Virus record (IMG/VR): IMGVR_UViG_3300025254_000001
Source: a virus
Length of the DNA: 64,000 bases
Direction: 5' to 3' (one strand)
In this document: piece by piece, positions 1-9,675 of the stretch
How positions within the stretch are numbered: position 1 is the stretch's first letter
Layout of the letters: the number at the start of each line of letters is the position of its first letter
Notes under the pieces: model-generated
What the model was told of the DNA's origin: nothing
Databases searched by the model: none
Seen by the model: the letters and a program-made list of their open reading frames with translations, nothing else
Translations under genes and position numbers: made by a program

Positions 1-22
1 AGACAGTGAAAGCAAATTGATC

Positions 23-499
23 ATGTCCGGCCCTCCACCCAAGCCCACCGCCCTGAAGGTGATCGCGGGCAACCCTGGCAAGAAGGCGCTCCCCAAGGGC
101 GAGCCCAAGCCGAAAGTCGAAATGCCGGCGATGCCGCGGCACCTGTCGACCGAGGCGCGCATCGAATGGGAACGTCTCGGGCCTGTGCTGGTGCGCCTGA
201 AGCTGCTCACGCGGCTCGATCGCGCGGCGTTCGCGGCCTACTGCCAGGCTTGGGCGCGCCACGTCGAGGCCGAGGAGCAGATCGCCAAGGCGTCGGCACT
301 GGCCTTCACCGGCAACGGCTACCCGATCGTCAACCCCTGGCACACGATCAGCAAGCAGGCCGTCGACCAGATGAGCAAGTTCCTGGGCGAGTTCGGCCTG
401 ACGCCGGCGGCGCGCACGCGCATCAATGCGCCGCACGTTCCTGACCTGGAACCCGGCAATGAAGAAGACCAGCCCGGCAACGTCCCGTTCGCGTTCTAA
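23..499 (+). CDS. terS: Terminase small subunit (P27-family-like)
   Basis: 158 aa, directly upstream of and overlapping the large terminase. The N-terminal PPKPTALKVIAGNPGKK... and LDRAAFAAYCQAW motifs look like P27-type small terminases. ATG at 23; the ORF track opens at TTG 17. Confidence 0.7.
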   Translation: MSGPPPKPTALKVIAGNPGKKALPKGEPKPKVEMPAMPRHLSTEARIEWERLGPVLVRLKLLTRLDRAAFAAYCQAWARHVEAEEQIAKASALAFTGNGYPIVNPWHTISKQAVDQMSKFLGEFGLTPAARTRINAPHVPDLEPGNEEDQPGNVPFAF

Positions 500-2063
500 G
501 AAGCGCAGCCCTGGCGGGTTCTGGTTCGATGAGGCGGCGGCCGACCGCGCCGTCAAGTTCTTCGAGACGTGCCTCACCCACACCAAGGGCGAACTCGCCG
601 GCAAGCCGCTGATCCTCGACGCCTGGGAGCGCGACCAGGTGGTCCGGCCGCTGTTCGGGTGGAAGCGCAAGGACGGCACGCGCAAGTACCGCAAGGCCTT
701 CGTCTTCGTGCCGCGCAAGAACGGCAAGTCGACGCTGGCCGCCGGCATCGCGCTGTATCTGCTGCACGCCGATCGCGAGATGGGCGCCGAGGTCTACAGC
801 GCAGCGGCCGACCGCGAGCAGGCGGCCATCGTCTTCGACGTGGCCAGGCAGATGGTCCAGCAGTCGCCGCCGCTGCGCGCGCGCAGTGAGGTCTACCGGC
901 GCTCGATGGTTCACCTGGAATCGGCGTCGAGCTACAAGGTGCTCTCGGCCGACGCGTTCACCAAGCACGGCCTGAACGCCAGCGGCGTGGTGGTCGACGA
1001 GGTGCACACGCAGCGCAACCGCGAATTGATCGACGTCCTGACGACGTCGGTCGGCTCGCGCCGCCAGCCCGTCGAGGTCTACATCACGACGGCCGGCTAT
1101 GACCGCCACACGATCTGCTGGGAGCTGTGGGACTACGCGGTGCGCGTGTCCAAGGGGATCATTCAGGACGACGCGTTTCTGCCGGTGCTGTTCTGCGCCG
1201 ACCCGGACGACGACTGGATGGATGAGGCGGTGTGGGCCAAGGCGAACCCTGGCCTGGGCCACTCGATCAAGCTCGACTACCTCCGCGCCGAGTGCAAGAA
1301 GGCGCAGGAGATCGCCGCCTACGAAAACACCTTCAAGCGGCTGCACCTGAACATTTGGACGTCGCAGGAAAACCGCTGGCTGCGCATCGAGCAGACCTGG
1401 GACCCGTGCAACGCCAAGGTGCCGCCGCTGGAGATGCTGCGCGGGCGGCGCGCCTGGCTGGGCGTCGACCTGTCCACCACCACGGACATCAGCGCGGTGG
1501 TGGCGCTGGTGGAGGACCCGGACGACCCGGGCGAGTTCGACATCGTGCCGCTGTTCTTTGTGCCCGGAGAGCGCATCTTGCTGCGCGCGCGGCGCGACCG
1601 CGTGCCCTATGACCTGTGGCGCGATCAGGGCTTCCTGACGGCCACCGAGGGCGACGTCGTCGATTACGACGTCGTGCGCGAGCGCATCCGCGAGCTGGGC
1701 GAACTTCTGGACATCCAGGAGATCGCCATCGACCGCTGGAACTCCACGGGCCTGCAGACGCAGCTTCAGGGCGACGGCTTCACCGTCGTGCAGTTCGGCC
1801 AGGGCTTCGCTTCGATGACCGCACCGACCAAGGAGCTGGAGCGGCTACTGCTGCTCAAGGCGCTGCGTCATGGCGGGCACCCGGTGCTGCGCTGGATGGC
1901 CGACAACGTGGCGATCAGCCAGGACGCGGCCGGAAACATCAAGCCCGACAAGGCCAAGAGCACCGAGCGCATCGACGGGATCGTGGCGCTCGTGATGGCC
2001 ATCGGCCGCGCGACGAGCCATGAGGTCGTCGCCGAGAAGAAGTACCAGGCGTTCTTTCTCTAG
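426..2063 (+). CDS. terL: Terminase large subunit
   Basis: 545 aa with P-loop-like PRKNGKST and Walker B-like VVVDEVH, plus a C-terminal nuclease-type region. Start uncertain (ATG 426 or 459). Confidence 0.9.
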   Translation: MRRTFLTWNPAMKKTSPATSRSRSKKRSPGGFWFDEAAADRAVKFFETCLTHTKGELAGKPLILDAWERDQVVRPLFGWKRKDGTRKYRKAFVFVPRKNGKSTLAAGIALYLLHADREMGAEVYSAAADREQAAIVFDVARQMVQQSPPLRARSEVYRRSMVHLESASSYKVLSADAFTKHGLNASGVVVDEVHTQRNRELIDVLTTSVGSRRQPVEVYITTAGYDRHTICWELWDYAVRVSKGIIQDDAFLPVLFCADPDDDWMDEAVWAKANPGLGHSIKLDYLRAECKKAQEIAAYENTFKRLHLNIWTSQENRWLRIEQTWDPCNAKVPPLEMLRGRRAWLGVDLSTTTDISAVVALVEDPDDPGEFDIVPLFFVPGERILLRARRDRVPYDLWRDQGFLTATEGDVVDYDVVRERIRELGELLDIQEIAIDRWNSTGLQTQLQGDGFTVVQFGQGFASMTAPTKELERLLLLKALRHGGHPVLRWMADNVAISQDAAGNIKPDKAKSTERIDGIVALVMAIGRATSHEVVAEKKYQAFFL

Positions 2064-2085
2064 ACCGCCAGAACCGGAAAACCCA

Positions 2086-2108
2086 AGGCCCGCAACCGCG
2101 GGCCTTTT
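2086..2108 (+). terminator. Intrinsic terminator between terL and the capsid gene
   Basis: GGCCCGC-AACC-GCGGGCC hairpin followed by TTTTT. Confidence 0.6.
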
Positions 2109-2122
2109 TCATTGGAGCGCTC

Positions 2123-4126
2123 ATGAAACGCGCCTATTCGACCCTCGAAATCAAGGCCATTGGCGACGCCGGCGGCAAGCGCACGTTCACCGGCATCGCC
2201 TCGACGCCGTCGACCGACCTGATGGACGACGTCGTGATCCCGACCGGCGCGAAGTTCAAGCTGCCCGTGCCGCTGCTGTGGGGCCATGACTCGGACGACC
2301 CGATCGGCTGGGTGACCGCCGCGCGCATCTCTGCCAAGGGCATCGAGGTGGACTGCGAGGTCTACGACGAGCCCACGCCCGGCGCGCTCAAGGACTGCCT
2401 GGACACCTACTGGCAAATGCTCAAGGCCAAGCTCGTGCGCGGCCTGTCCATCGGCTTCAGCGCGATCGAGACCGCCCGCATCGAGGGCACCTACGGCCTG
2501 AAGTACCTGTCCTGGAACTGGCTCGAATTGTCCTGCGTGACGATCCCCGCCAACCAGGAGGCATCGATCACCGCCATCAAAGCGATCGACCAGGAGCAAC
2601 GACGCGCCGCGTCTGGCGCTGCTCGGGTCGTTCGCCTCAACCGGCCCGTCACGCGGGCCACCAATACACCGCCCGGCGTCTCGGGAATTCATCAATTCTC
2701 GAAAGGAAACGCCGTGAAGATCAGTGAACAAATCGCAGCCTTTGCTGCCAAGCGCGTCACCGCGGAAGAACGCATGGACGCCATCATGGCCAAGAGCGGG
2801 GACGAAGGTACCTCGCTCGACGAGCATGAAAGCGAGGAGTACGACGGCCTCGTCTCCGAAGTCAAGCGCATCGACGAGCACATCGAGCGTCTGAAGACGC
2901 ACGAGGCCCGCGTCGTCGCGCGCGCCACGCCGGTGACGGACCGGACCGTCGGCGGTGCCGGTGGGCAGGAGCAAGGCGGCGTCGAGCTGCGCGGTGGCGT
3001 CATCAGCGTCCGGCCGAACGTGGAGAAAGGCATCGCCTTCGCCCGCTACGCCATCGCGCTGGGCCGCGCCAAGGGCAACATCATGCACGCGGCCGAAATC
3101 GCCAAGCAGTGGAACGACACCACGCCCGAAGTCGCGATGTTCATCAAGCAGATCGTGCAGTACGGCTCGGTCGATGCCCTGATGAAGACCGCGGTGGCCG
3201 CCGGCACCACGTCGGACTCGGCCTGGGCCGGCCCGCTGGTCTACGCGCAGAACATGGTGAGCGAGTTCATCGAGTTCCTGCGCCCGCAGACCATCATCGG
3301 CCGGCTGCCCCAGCTGCGCCGCGTGCCGTTCAACATCCGCATCCCGCGCCAGACCGCTGGCACGTCCGGCACGTTCGTCGGCGAGGGTCTGCCCACTCCG
3401 GTGCAGAAGGCGTCGTTCGACGCGCTGACGCTCACCTGGGCCAAGGCGTCGACCATCGCGGTGCTGACCCAGGAGCTGGTGACGATGAGCAACCCGGCCG
3501 CCGACGCGCTGGTGCGCGCCGACCTGGCCGCGGGCATCGCCGCCTACCTGGACAAGCGCTTCATCGACCCGAGCTACGCGGGCGTGGCCAACGTCTCGCC
3601 GGCCTCGGTCTCGAACGGCGTGGTCTCGCGCCAGGCCAGCGGCGCGACCCTGGCGGCTCTGGACCAGGACGTCGCCTACGTCCTGCAGCAGGTCGCTGCG
3701 GCCGACGTGCCGCTGTCCTCGGCGATCTGGCTGATGTCGCCGAGCGAGGCGATCTCGCTGGGCGCGATCCGCACCGCCTACGGCGATCCGGCGTTCCCGA
3801 ACCTGGGCGTGGATGGTGGCACGTTCAAGGGCCTGCCCGTCATCACGTCCAACAGCGTGGTGTCGAGCGGCTCGCCGGGCGAGCAGCAGATTTTCCTGCT
3901 GGTGCAAGACCAGATCCTGCTGGCCGACGACGGCCAGATGCTTCTGGACATGAGCACCGAGGCGTCCGTGCAGATGAACGATGCGCCGAGCGCTGGCGCG
4001 CAATCGCTGGTTTCGCTCTGGCAGAACGGCATGGTCGGCCTGAAGTGCGACCGCTGGATCAACTGGGCCAAGCGCCGTTCGTCGGCCGTCCAGTACATCG
4101 AGGCCGCGCAGCGCTACGGCTCGTGA
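2123..4126 (+). CDS. Prohead protease / delta-like coiled coil / HK97-fold major capsid protein fusion
   Basis: 667 aa. The N-terminus (MKRAYSTLEIKA...FTGIASTPSTDLMDDVV...LLWGHD) resembles HK97 prohead protease. The middle is charged coiled coil. The C-terminal ~400 aa resemble HK97-family MCP (FIEFLRPQT...TWAKASTIAVLTQELV). SD TGGAG upstream. Confidence 0.8.
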   Translation: MKRAYSTLEIKAIGDAGGKRTFTGIASTPSTDLMDDVVIPTGAKFKLPVPLLWGHDSDDPIGWVTAARISAKGIEVDCEVYDEPTPGALKDCLDTYWQMLKAKLVRGLSIGFSAIETARIEGTYGLKYLSWNWLELSCVTIPANQEASITAIKAIDQEQRRAASGAARVVRLNRPVTRATNTPPGVSGIHQFSKGNAVKISEQIAAFAAKRVTAEERMDAIMAKSGDEGTSLDEHESEEYDGLVSEVKRIDEHIERLKTHEARVVARATPVTDRTVGGAGGQEQGGVELRGGVISVRPNVEKGIAFARYAIALGRAKGNIMHAAEIAKQWNDTTPEVAMFIKQIVQYGSVDALMKTAVAAGTTSDSAWAGPLVYAQNMVSEFIEFLRPQTIIGRLPQLRRVPFNIRIPRQTAGTSGTFVGEGLPTPVQKASFDALTLTWAKASTIAVLTQELVTMSNPAADALVRADLAAGIAAYLDKRFIDPSYAGVANVSPASVSNGVVSRQASGATLAALDQDVAYVLQQVAAADVPLSSAIWLMSPSEAISLGAIRTAYGDPAFPNLGVDGGTFKGLPVITSNSVVSSGSPGEQQIFLLVQDQILLADDGQMLLDMSTEASVQMNDAPSAGAQSLVSLWQNGMVGLKCDRWINWAKRRSSAVQYIEAAQRYGS

Positions 4127-4145
4127 TCGCCTGACGAGCCCCACG

Positions 4146-4188
4146 AGGCCGGCGCGTAGCTCAGGGGCGCGCCGGCCCTTCCTTTTTC
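4146..4188 (+). terminator. Intrinsic terminator after the capsid gene
   Basis: 10-bp GC stem GGCCGGCGCG/CGCGCCGGCC with an 11-nt loop, then CTTCCTTTTTCT. Confidence 0.6.
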
Positions 4189-4203
4189 TGGAGGCCCTCT
4201 TTC

Positions 4204-4623
4204 ATGATGAACAGCTACCAGACTCGACGCCTCATTGCGCTGCGCAACCTTCGCCACGAGGGCCAGAACGCGGCGCCTGGCGACGAGGTCTTCGCGACCC
4301 CCGTCGACGCCGAATACCTCGTGCGCATGGGAGATGCTCGCCATGCAACGGGCGAGCACATCGCTGCCAAGGCGCCCGCGCCCGCCGCCCAGGCGCCCGC
4401 CGCGCCCGCCCGCCGGCGTGGCCGCCCGACCAACGCCGAGCTTGCGGCGCGCGCAGCATCTGCGCCCGCGCCGGCGAGCGAGCCCGCCGCCGATCCCATC
4501 GAGATCGCGGCAGCGGACCCGGACCCGGCGCCCGCCGGCCATGCCGACACGGACATGACGACGGACAACACGAGTGCCCTGGTGCGCGCGTCTGACGTCG
4601 CCGACAGCGCATCGGGGGACTAG
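4204..4623 (+). CDS. Hypothetical Ala/Pro-rich protein with AT-hook-like RRRGRPT motif
   Basis: 139-aa ORF between the capsid and portal genes. Its stop abuts the portal GTG start. Confidence 0.5.
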   Translation: MMNSYQTRRLIALRNLRHEGQNAAPGDEVFATPVDAEYLVRMGDARHATGEHIAAKAPAPAAQAPAAPARRRGRPTNAELAARAASAPAPASEPAADPIEIAAADPDPAPAGHADTDMTTDNTSALVRASDVADSASGD

Positions 4624-6234
4624 GTGCGACTCCTCGGCTTCGACATCAGCCTGCGCCGAAAGAGCGCGGCCCCGGCCGGCCTGGTGCCGCTGGGCTCCGC
4701 GGTCTGGGGCTGGCTCCGAGAGCCGTTCGCGGGTGCCTGGCAGCGCAGCGTGCAGCAGGACGGGCATGAGGCGCTGCTGGCGTTCGCCGCGGTCTTCGCG
4801 TGCGTCTCGCGCATCGCCTCGGACATCGCCAAGCTGCGCGTGCGCCTCGTCCAGCAGGACGGCGCCATCTGGGATGAAGTCACCGCGCAGTCGCCATTCT
4901 GGGGACCACTGCGCAAGCCCAATAGCTACCAGACGCGAATCCAGTTCCTGACGTCGTGGGTGATCTCGAAGCTGCTCTACGGAAACACCTTCGTGCTCAA
5001 GGTGCGCAACGACGCGCGAGGCCTGGTCACCGAGATGCACGTGCTGCATCCGCGCCTGGTCACGCCGCTGGTGGCCGAGGATGGCTCGGTCTACTACCGC
5101 CTGGGCGCCGACATGCTCGCGGAGAAGCCACTCGGCGACACGGTGCCGGCCAGCGAGATCATTCACGACCGCGGCATGACGCTGTTCCACCCGCTGGTGG
5201 GGGTCTCGCCGATCTACGCCTGCGGCGCCGCGGCCACGCAGGGCAACCGCATCCAGAGCAACAGCGCGCGGTTCTTCGAGAACATGAGCCGGCCGTCCGG
5301 CATGCTGACCGCGCCGGCCAGCATCACCGACGAGACGGCTGCGCGCCTGAAGCGCGAATGGGAAGAGAACTTCTCGGCCCAGAACATCGGACGCGTCGCG
5401 GTGCTCGGCGATGGGCTCAAGTACGAGACCATGACCATCGACGCGGTCGACGCGCAGCTGATCGAGCAGCTGCGGTGGACCGGCGAGGACGTCGCGCGCG
5501 CGTTCGGCGTGCCCGGCTACAAGATCGGCGTGGGCCCCATGCCCCTGAACAACAACGTCGAGGCGCTGGAGCAGCAGTATTACACCGGCACCCTGCAGAC
5601 CCTCATCGAGAGCATCGAGGTGCTGCTCGATGAGGGCCTGGAAATGCCCACCGGCATGGGCAGCGAGTTCGATCTCGATGGCCTGCTGCGCATGGACACC
5701 GCCACCATGTACGACTCGCTCGGCAAGGTGGTGGGCGCCGGGATCATGGCGCCCAACGAGGCGCGCGCGCGCGTGAACCTGGCCGGCGTGGCCGGCGGCG
5801 ATACGCCGTACATGCAGCAGCAGAATTGGTCGCTCGCGCAGCTCGATCGCCGCGACATCGTGGCCGACAAGCCGGGCGTCGCCTCGCCGCCGGCGCCGGC
5901 GCCCATGCCCGCCGGCACGCCGGCCGCCGCGCCGCCGCCGCCCGAGCCGAGCAAGGCGCTGGTCGAGAGCGTCGAAAAGACCGTCTCGCAGCTCGGTGAG
6001 CTGACGCAATCTGTCCAGGCTTCGGCCGACCGCTCGGCGCTCGCCGAGGCCTCGGTCAAGTCGATGCTGGAGTCCGCGCTCGCGGACATTCCCGCGGCCG
6101 TCAAGTCGGCCGTGGCCGAGCGCGCGGCCGAATTCGCAGGCCAGCGTGACGAAGACGAGGACGACGGCACCTCGGAGCTTTGCAAGCGCGGCCTGCATGC
6201 GGGCTTCAAGGAGATGCTTTATGCGCCCCGCTGA
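4624..6234 (+). CDS. Portal protein (HK97 family-like)
   Basis: 536 aa with portal-like motifs (LLYGNTFVLK, VSPIYACG, ARFFENMSRPSGML, EDVARAFGVPGYKIG). GTG start immediately after the upstream stop. Confidence 0.85.
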   Translation: MRLLGFDISLRRKSAAPAGLVPLGSAVWGWLREPFAGAWQRSVQQDGHEALLAFAAVFACVSRIASDIAKLRVRLVQQDGAIWDEVTAQSPFWGPLRKPNSYQTRIQFLTSWVISKLLYGNTFVLKVRNDARGLVTEMHVLHPRLVTPLVAEDGSVYYRLGADMLAEKPLGDTVPASEIIHDRGMTLFHPLVGVSPIYACGAAATQGNRIQSNSARFFENMSRPSGMLTAPASITDETAARLKREWEENFSAQNIGRVAVLGDGLKYETMTIDAVDAQLIEQLRWTGEDVARAFGVPGYKIGVGPMPLNNNVEALEQQYYTGTLQTLIESIEVLLDEGLEMPTGMGSEFDLDGLLRMDTATMYDSLGKVVGAGIMAPNEARARVNLAGVAGGDTPYMQQQNWSLAQLDRRDIVADKPGVASPPAPAPMPAGTPAAAPPPPEPSKALVESVEKTVSQLGELTQSVQASADRSALAEASVKSMLESALADIPAAVKSAVAERAAEFAGQRDEDEDDGTSELCKRGLHAGFKEMLYAPR

Positions 6235-7438
6235 CATTGCCGACCTGCTGAAGGCGCTCGCGATCGACGTGCGCGACTTCGTCGGGTCGTCCAGCGACGT
6301 GCTCGCCAAGCGCATCGACGCCTTGGACCAGCGGCTCGGCGAGCTGCCGGCGCCGATGGATTCCGACGCCGTCGCCAAGCTGGTGGACGCCCAGGTCACC
6401 CGCGCCCTCGGCGACTTCGTCGTGCAGGGCCTGGAGCAGGTCATCGAGCGCCTTGCCGCGGTCGAGGCGCGCGCGCCGGTTGACGGCCAGAAGGGAGACA
6501 AGGGCGATCCGGGTGAGCCGGGCGCCGCCGGCGCCGATGGCCAGGACGGACGCGATGCCGACCCCGCGGTGATCGTCGAAGAGGTCCAGCGCGCGGTCGC
6601 GGCGCTGCCCAAGCCCGCGGACGGCAAGGATGCCGACGCTGATGAGATCGCCGGGCGCGTGCTCGCCGAGGTGGTCAAGCAGATCCCGGAGCCGGTCGAC
6701 GGCAAGGATGGCCGCGACGGCGTGGACGGCAAGGATGGCGTGAGCGTCGACCTGGCCGAGATCCAGCGCATGGTGGACGCCGCGGTCGCCGCGCGCCTGG
6801 CCGAAGCGCTGGCCGCGCTGCCGGTGCCCAGGAATGGCCTGGACGGCAAGGACGGGCGCGACGGCAAGGACGGCCGTGATGGGCTCGATGGCGCCGATGG
6901 ACGCGATGCGCTGCAGCTGGAGGTGCTCGACGCGCTCGACGTCGAAAAGCGCTACCCGCGTGGCACCTTCGCGTCCTGGCGCGGCGGCCTCATCCGTTCG
7001 TTCCGGGCGACCGATCCGCTCAAGGACGCGCCCGAGCTGGAAAAGGCCGGCTGGGCGGTCGTCCTCGACGGCTTCGCCGGCCTCGACTCGACCGAGGGGA
7101 GTGACATGCGGAATTTCGGGCTGTGCTTCATCCGCACGACGGGCAAGGAGCAGACGCTGTCGTTCTTCTCGGCGGCGATGATCTGGCGCGGCATCTGGAC
7201 GGCCGAGCGCGACTACGAGCGCGGCGACGCGGTCACCTACGACGGCAGCATCTGGCACTGCGAGCGCCCCACCAGGTCGCGGCCGGGCACGCCGGCGAGC
7301 GCTGACGACTGGAAGCTCAGCGCCAAGCGGGGCCGCGATGGCAAGGACGGCCTCAAGGGCGAGAAGGGCGACCGTGGCGCCGAAGGCCGGCCTGGTCGCG
7401 ACCTCACGCAGCTCGGGTTCGACGGCAAGAAGACATGA
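6221..7438 (+). CDS. Collagen-like (Gly-X-Y) repeat protein with C-terminal CBM5/12-like motif
   Basis: Several GXY runs (GDKGDPGEPGAAGADGQDGRD; GKDGRDGVDGKDG; GLDGKDGRDGKDGRDGLDGADGRD; GRDGKDGLKGEKGDRGAEGRPGRD). Also a GDAVTYDGSIWHC...DDWKL motif. Strong SD AAGGAG 7 nt upstream of ATG 6221. Confidence 0.75.
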   Translation: MRPADIADLLKALAIDVRDFVGSSSDVLAKRIDALDQRLGELPAPMDSDAVAKLVDAQVTRALGDFVVQGLEQVIERLAAVEARAPVDGQKGDKGDPGEPGAAGADGQDGRDADPAVIVEEVQRAVAALPKPADGKDADADEIAGRVLAEVVKQIPEPVDGKDGRDGVDGKDGVSVDLAEIQRMVDAAVAARLAEALAALPVPRNGLDGKDGRDGKDGRDGLDGADGRDALQLEVLDALDVEKRYPRGTFASWRGGLIRSFRATDPLKDAPELEKAGWAVVLDGFAGLDSTEGSDMRNFGLCFIRTTGKEQTLSFFSAAMIWRGIWTAERDYERGDAVTYDGSIWHCERPTRSRPGTPASADDWKLSAKRGRDGKDGLKGEKGDRGAEGRPGRDLTQLGFDGKKT

Positions 7439-8049
7439 CAGCTGCCTTCACGATCGCGCGCCTGTGGCCGGAAGAGACCGTCGCGGTGCTGGCCAGCGGG
7501 CCGAGCATGTCGGCCGACGTCGCCCGCCAGGTGTTCGACGCGATGGTCCCGGCGATCGTCATCAACAACACCTTCCGGCTGGCGCCCTGGGCCGGCATGC
7601 TCTACGCGGCCGATGGCGCCTGGTGGCGCGCGAACCCTGACGCGCTCGCCTTCCGCGGCCTCAAGGTCACGGTCGACGACGTCGCCGGCACGCGCAAGCT
7701 GCGCATCAGCGGTCCCGGCGGGTTCGACCCGCACCCGGGCGCGGTGCGCTCGGGCGGGCACAGCGGCTACCAGGCGGTGCACATCGCGATCCATGGCGGC
7801 GCGCGCCGCATCCTGCTGTGCGGCTTCGACATGCACGGCACGCACTGGCACGGGCCGCACGTCGAGCCCCTGCGCAACACCGCAGCCGGCACCTATGGGC
7901 GCTGGGTCGAGCGCTTCGCCGAGCTACAGGAGCCGGCCCGGGAGCGCGACATCGAGATCCTGAATTGCACGCCGGGCAGCGCGCTCAAGTGCTTCCCGAT
8001 GGTCGACCTGGCCGACGCGCTGGCCGAGCGAACATGCGCCGCGCGCTGA
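7435..8049 (+). CDS. Putative glycosyltransferase-like protein (DUF115/sialyltransferase-like GPS motif)
   Basis: 204 aa. LASGPSMS...VINN...YAADGAWW...SGGHSGYQAVHIAI..LLCGFDM pattern. ATGA overlap with the collagen-like gene stop. The family call is tentative. Confidence 0.4.
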   Translation: MTAAFTIARLWPEETVAVLASGPSMSADVARQVFDAMVPAIVINNTFRLAPWAGMLYAADGAWWRANPDALAFRGLKVTVDDVAGTRKLRISGPGGFDPHPGAVRSGGHSGYQAVHIAIHGGARRILLCGFDMHGTHWHGPHVEPLRNTAAGTYGRWVERFAELQEPARERDIEILNCTPGSALKCFPMVDLADALAERTCAAR

Positions 8050-8795
8050 ACTTGCTGCGTGAGTCGCTCCACTACCGGCGAGGGGCATTCGACGCTGGCC
8101 TGCAGGCGAACGGGTTTCGCCTGACGCACCATCTTCCCGACCCCGAGCCGGGCGACCTGCTGCTGATCTGGAATCGGCACGGCGGCGACCACGAGACCGC
8201 GCTGCGCTTCGAGGCGGCCGGCGCTCGAGTTCTGGTGGCCGAGAACGGCTACCTGGGCAAGAGCTGGCTCGGCGGCAAGTGGTTCGCGCTCGCCTGGAAC
8301 CACCACAACGGCGCGGGCACCTGGCCTGATGGCGGCCCGCAGCGTTGGCAGGCCCTCGGCGTGGAGCTGGCCCCCTGGAAGCTCGATGGCGACGTGAACC
8401 TGGTCTTCGAGCAGCGCGGCATTGGCGAGCCGGGTGTCGCGTCGCCGCGGGGCTGGGCGGGCCGGGTCGCGACGCGCGTGCATGGCCGCATCCGCTGGCA
8501 CCCGGGCGCCGCGGCGCCGGCGGTCAAGCTCGAAGATGAGCTGGCCGACGTCTGGCAATGTTTCACGTGGAATAGTGGAGCAGCGCTGCTCGCGCTGATG
8601 CGCGGCGTGCCGGTGTTCTACGACTGCCCGACCTGGATTGGCGCGGGCGCCGCGCTGCCGCTGTCCGAATTCGGCAAGCAGGAACCGCGGCGCGACGACG
8701 CGGCGCGCTTGGCAATGTTTTGCCGAATGGCCTGGGCGCAATGGACGCTCGACGAGATCCGCAGCGGCGAGGCGCTCTACCGGCTGCTGCGATGA
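8034..8795 (+). CDS. Putative capsule-type (KpsS/KpsC-like) glycosyltransferase
   Basis: 253 aa with an ENGYLGKSW-type motif reminiscent of Capsule_synth proteins. Overlaps the upstream gene by 16 nt. Confidence 0.4.
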   Translation: MRRALNLLRESLHYRRGAFDAGLQANGFRLTHHLPDPEPGDLLLIWNRHGGDHETALRFEAAGARVLVAENGYLGKSWLGGKWFALAWNHHNGAGTWPDGGPQRWQALGVELAPWKLDGDVNLVFEQRGIGEPGVASPRGWAGRVATRVHGRIRWHPGAAAPAVKLEDELADVWQCFTWNSGAALLALMRGVPVFYDCPTWIGAGAALPLSEFGKQEPRRDDAARLAMFCRMAWAQWTLDEIRSGEALYRLLR

Positions 8796-9643
8796 ATCCC
8801 TCGCGTCTTCTCTTCACCGGACGGGGAACCTCCGGCAGCTGGTCCATTCGCGGCGAGCAGCTCGGCCACGCGCTGGGCGCGAACGTGATCCCGGATGCGC
8901 GCCACCTTGGGCGCTTCGACCTGGCGGTGCTGGTCAAACGCGCGACGCCTGACCTGCTGACCTGCCTGCGGCTAGCCAAGATGCCCATCGTCTGGGACAT
9001 CGTCGACAGCTGGCCGCAGCCGCTGGGCAACACCTGGGACAAGTCGGCCTGCCTGGCGTGGCTGCGCCTGCAGGTCAAGCACATCCGGCCGGTCGCCCTG
9101 GTCGCGGCCACCGAGGCGATGGGCCTGGACTGCCAGGAGTTCGGGCTTCCCGTGCTGGTGCTGCCTCACCACGCCCGGCCTGGCCAGCGCGTGAATCCGA
9201 TCCGCGAGCGTGTGCGAGCCGTGGGCTATCAGGGCGGCGTGCAGTACCTGGGCTCGTGGGCCGCGGGGCTCGAAGCGACGTGCCGCGCGCGCGGCTGGCG
9301 CTTCGTGGTCAACCCGGTCGAGCTGGCCGAGCTGGACATCGTGGTGGCCGTGCGCGAGCCGATCGGCTACGCCCCGCGGACCTGGAAGTCGGGCGTGAAG
9401 GCGGCCAATGCCCAGGGCAGCGGAACGCCCTGCGTGCTGAACCGCGAGATGGGCTACATCGAGACCGCGTGCGGCGCCGAGCGCTGGGCGGACACGCCCG
9501 CCGAGATGGACGCCGCGTTCGACTCGCTCATCGAGCACGACACCCGCCTGCGCATTGCCGGCCAGCTTCAGCTGGCGGCGCCGCGCCTGGACGACATCGC
9601 GAGGGCCTACTCGGCGTGGCTAAACGGACTGTCGAGATCCTGA
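8792..9643 (+). CDS. Putative GT-B-like glycosyltransferase
   Basis: 283 aa. ATGA overlap with the upstream stop. The C-terminal region looks like a sugar-nucleotide-binding domain (KAANAQGSGTPCV). Confidence 0.4.
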   Translation: MNPSRLLFTGRGTSGSWSIRGEQLGHALGANVIPDARHLGRFDLAVLVKRATPDLLTCLRLAKMPIVWDIVDSWPQPLGNTWDKSACLAWLRLQVKHIRPVALVAATEAMGLDCQEFGLPVLVLPHHARPGQRVNPIRERVRAVGYQGGVQYLGSWAAGLEATCRARGWRFVVNPVELAELDIVVAVREPIGYAPRTWKSGVKAANAQGSGTPCVLNREMGYIETACGAERWADTPAEMDAAFDSLIEHDTRLRIAGQLQLAAPRLDDIARAYSAWLNGLSRS

Positions 9644-9675
9644 GCGTCAAGCCGCCGTCGCCGGCGGCCGTGCCG

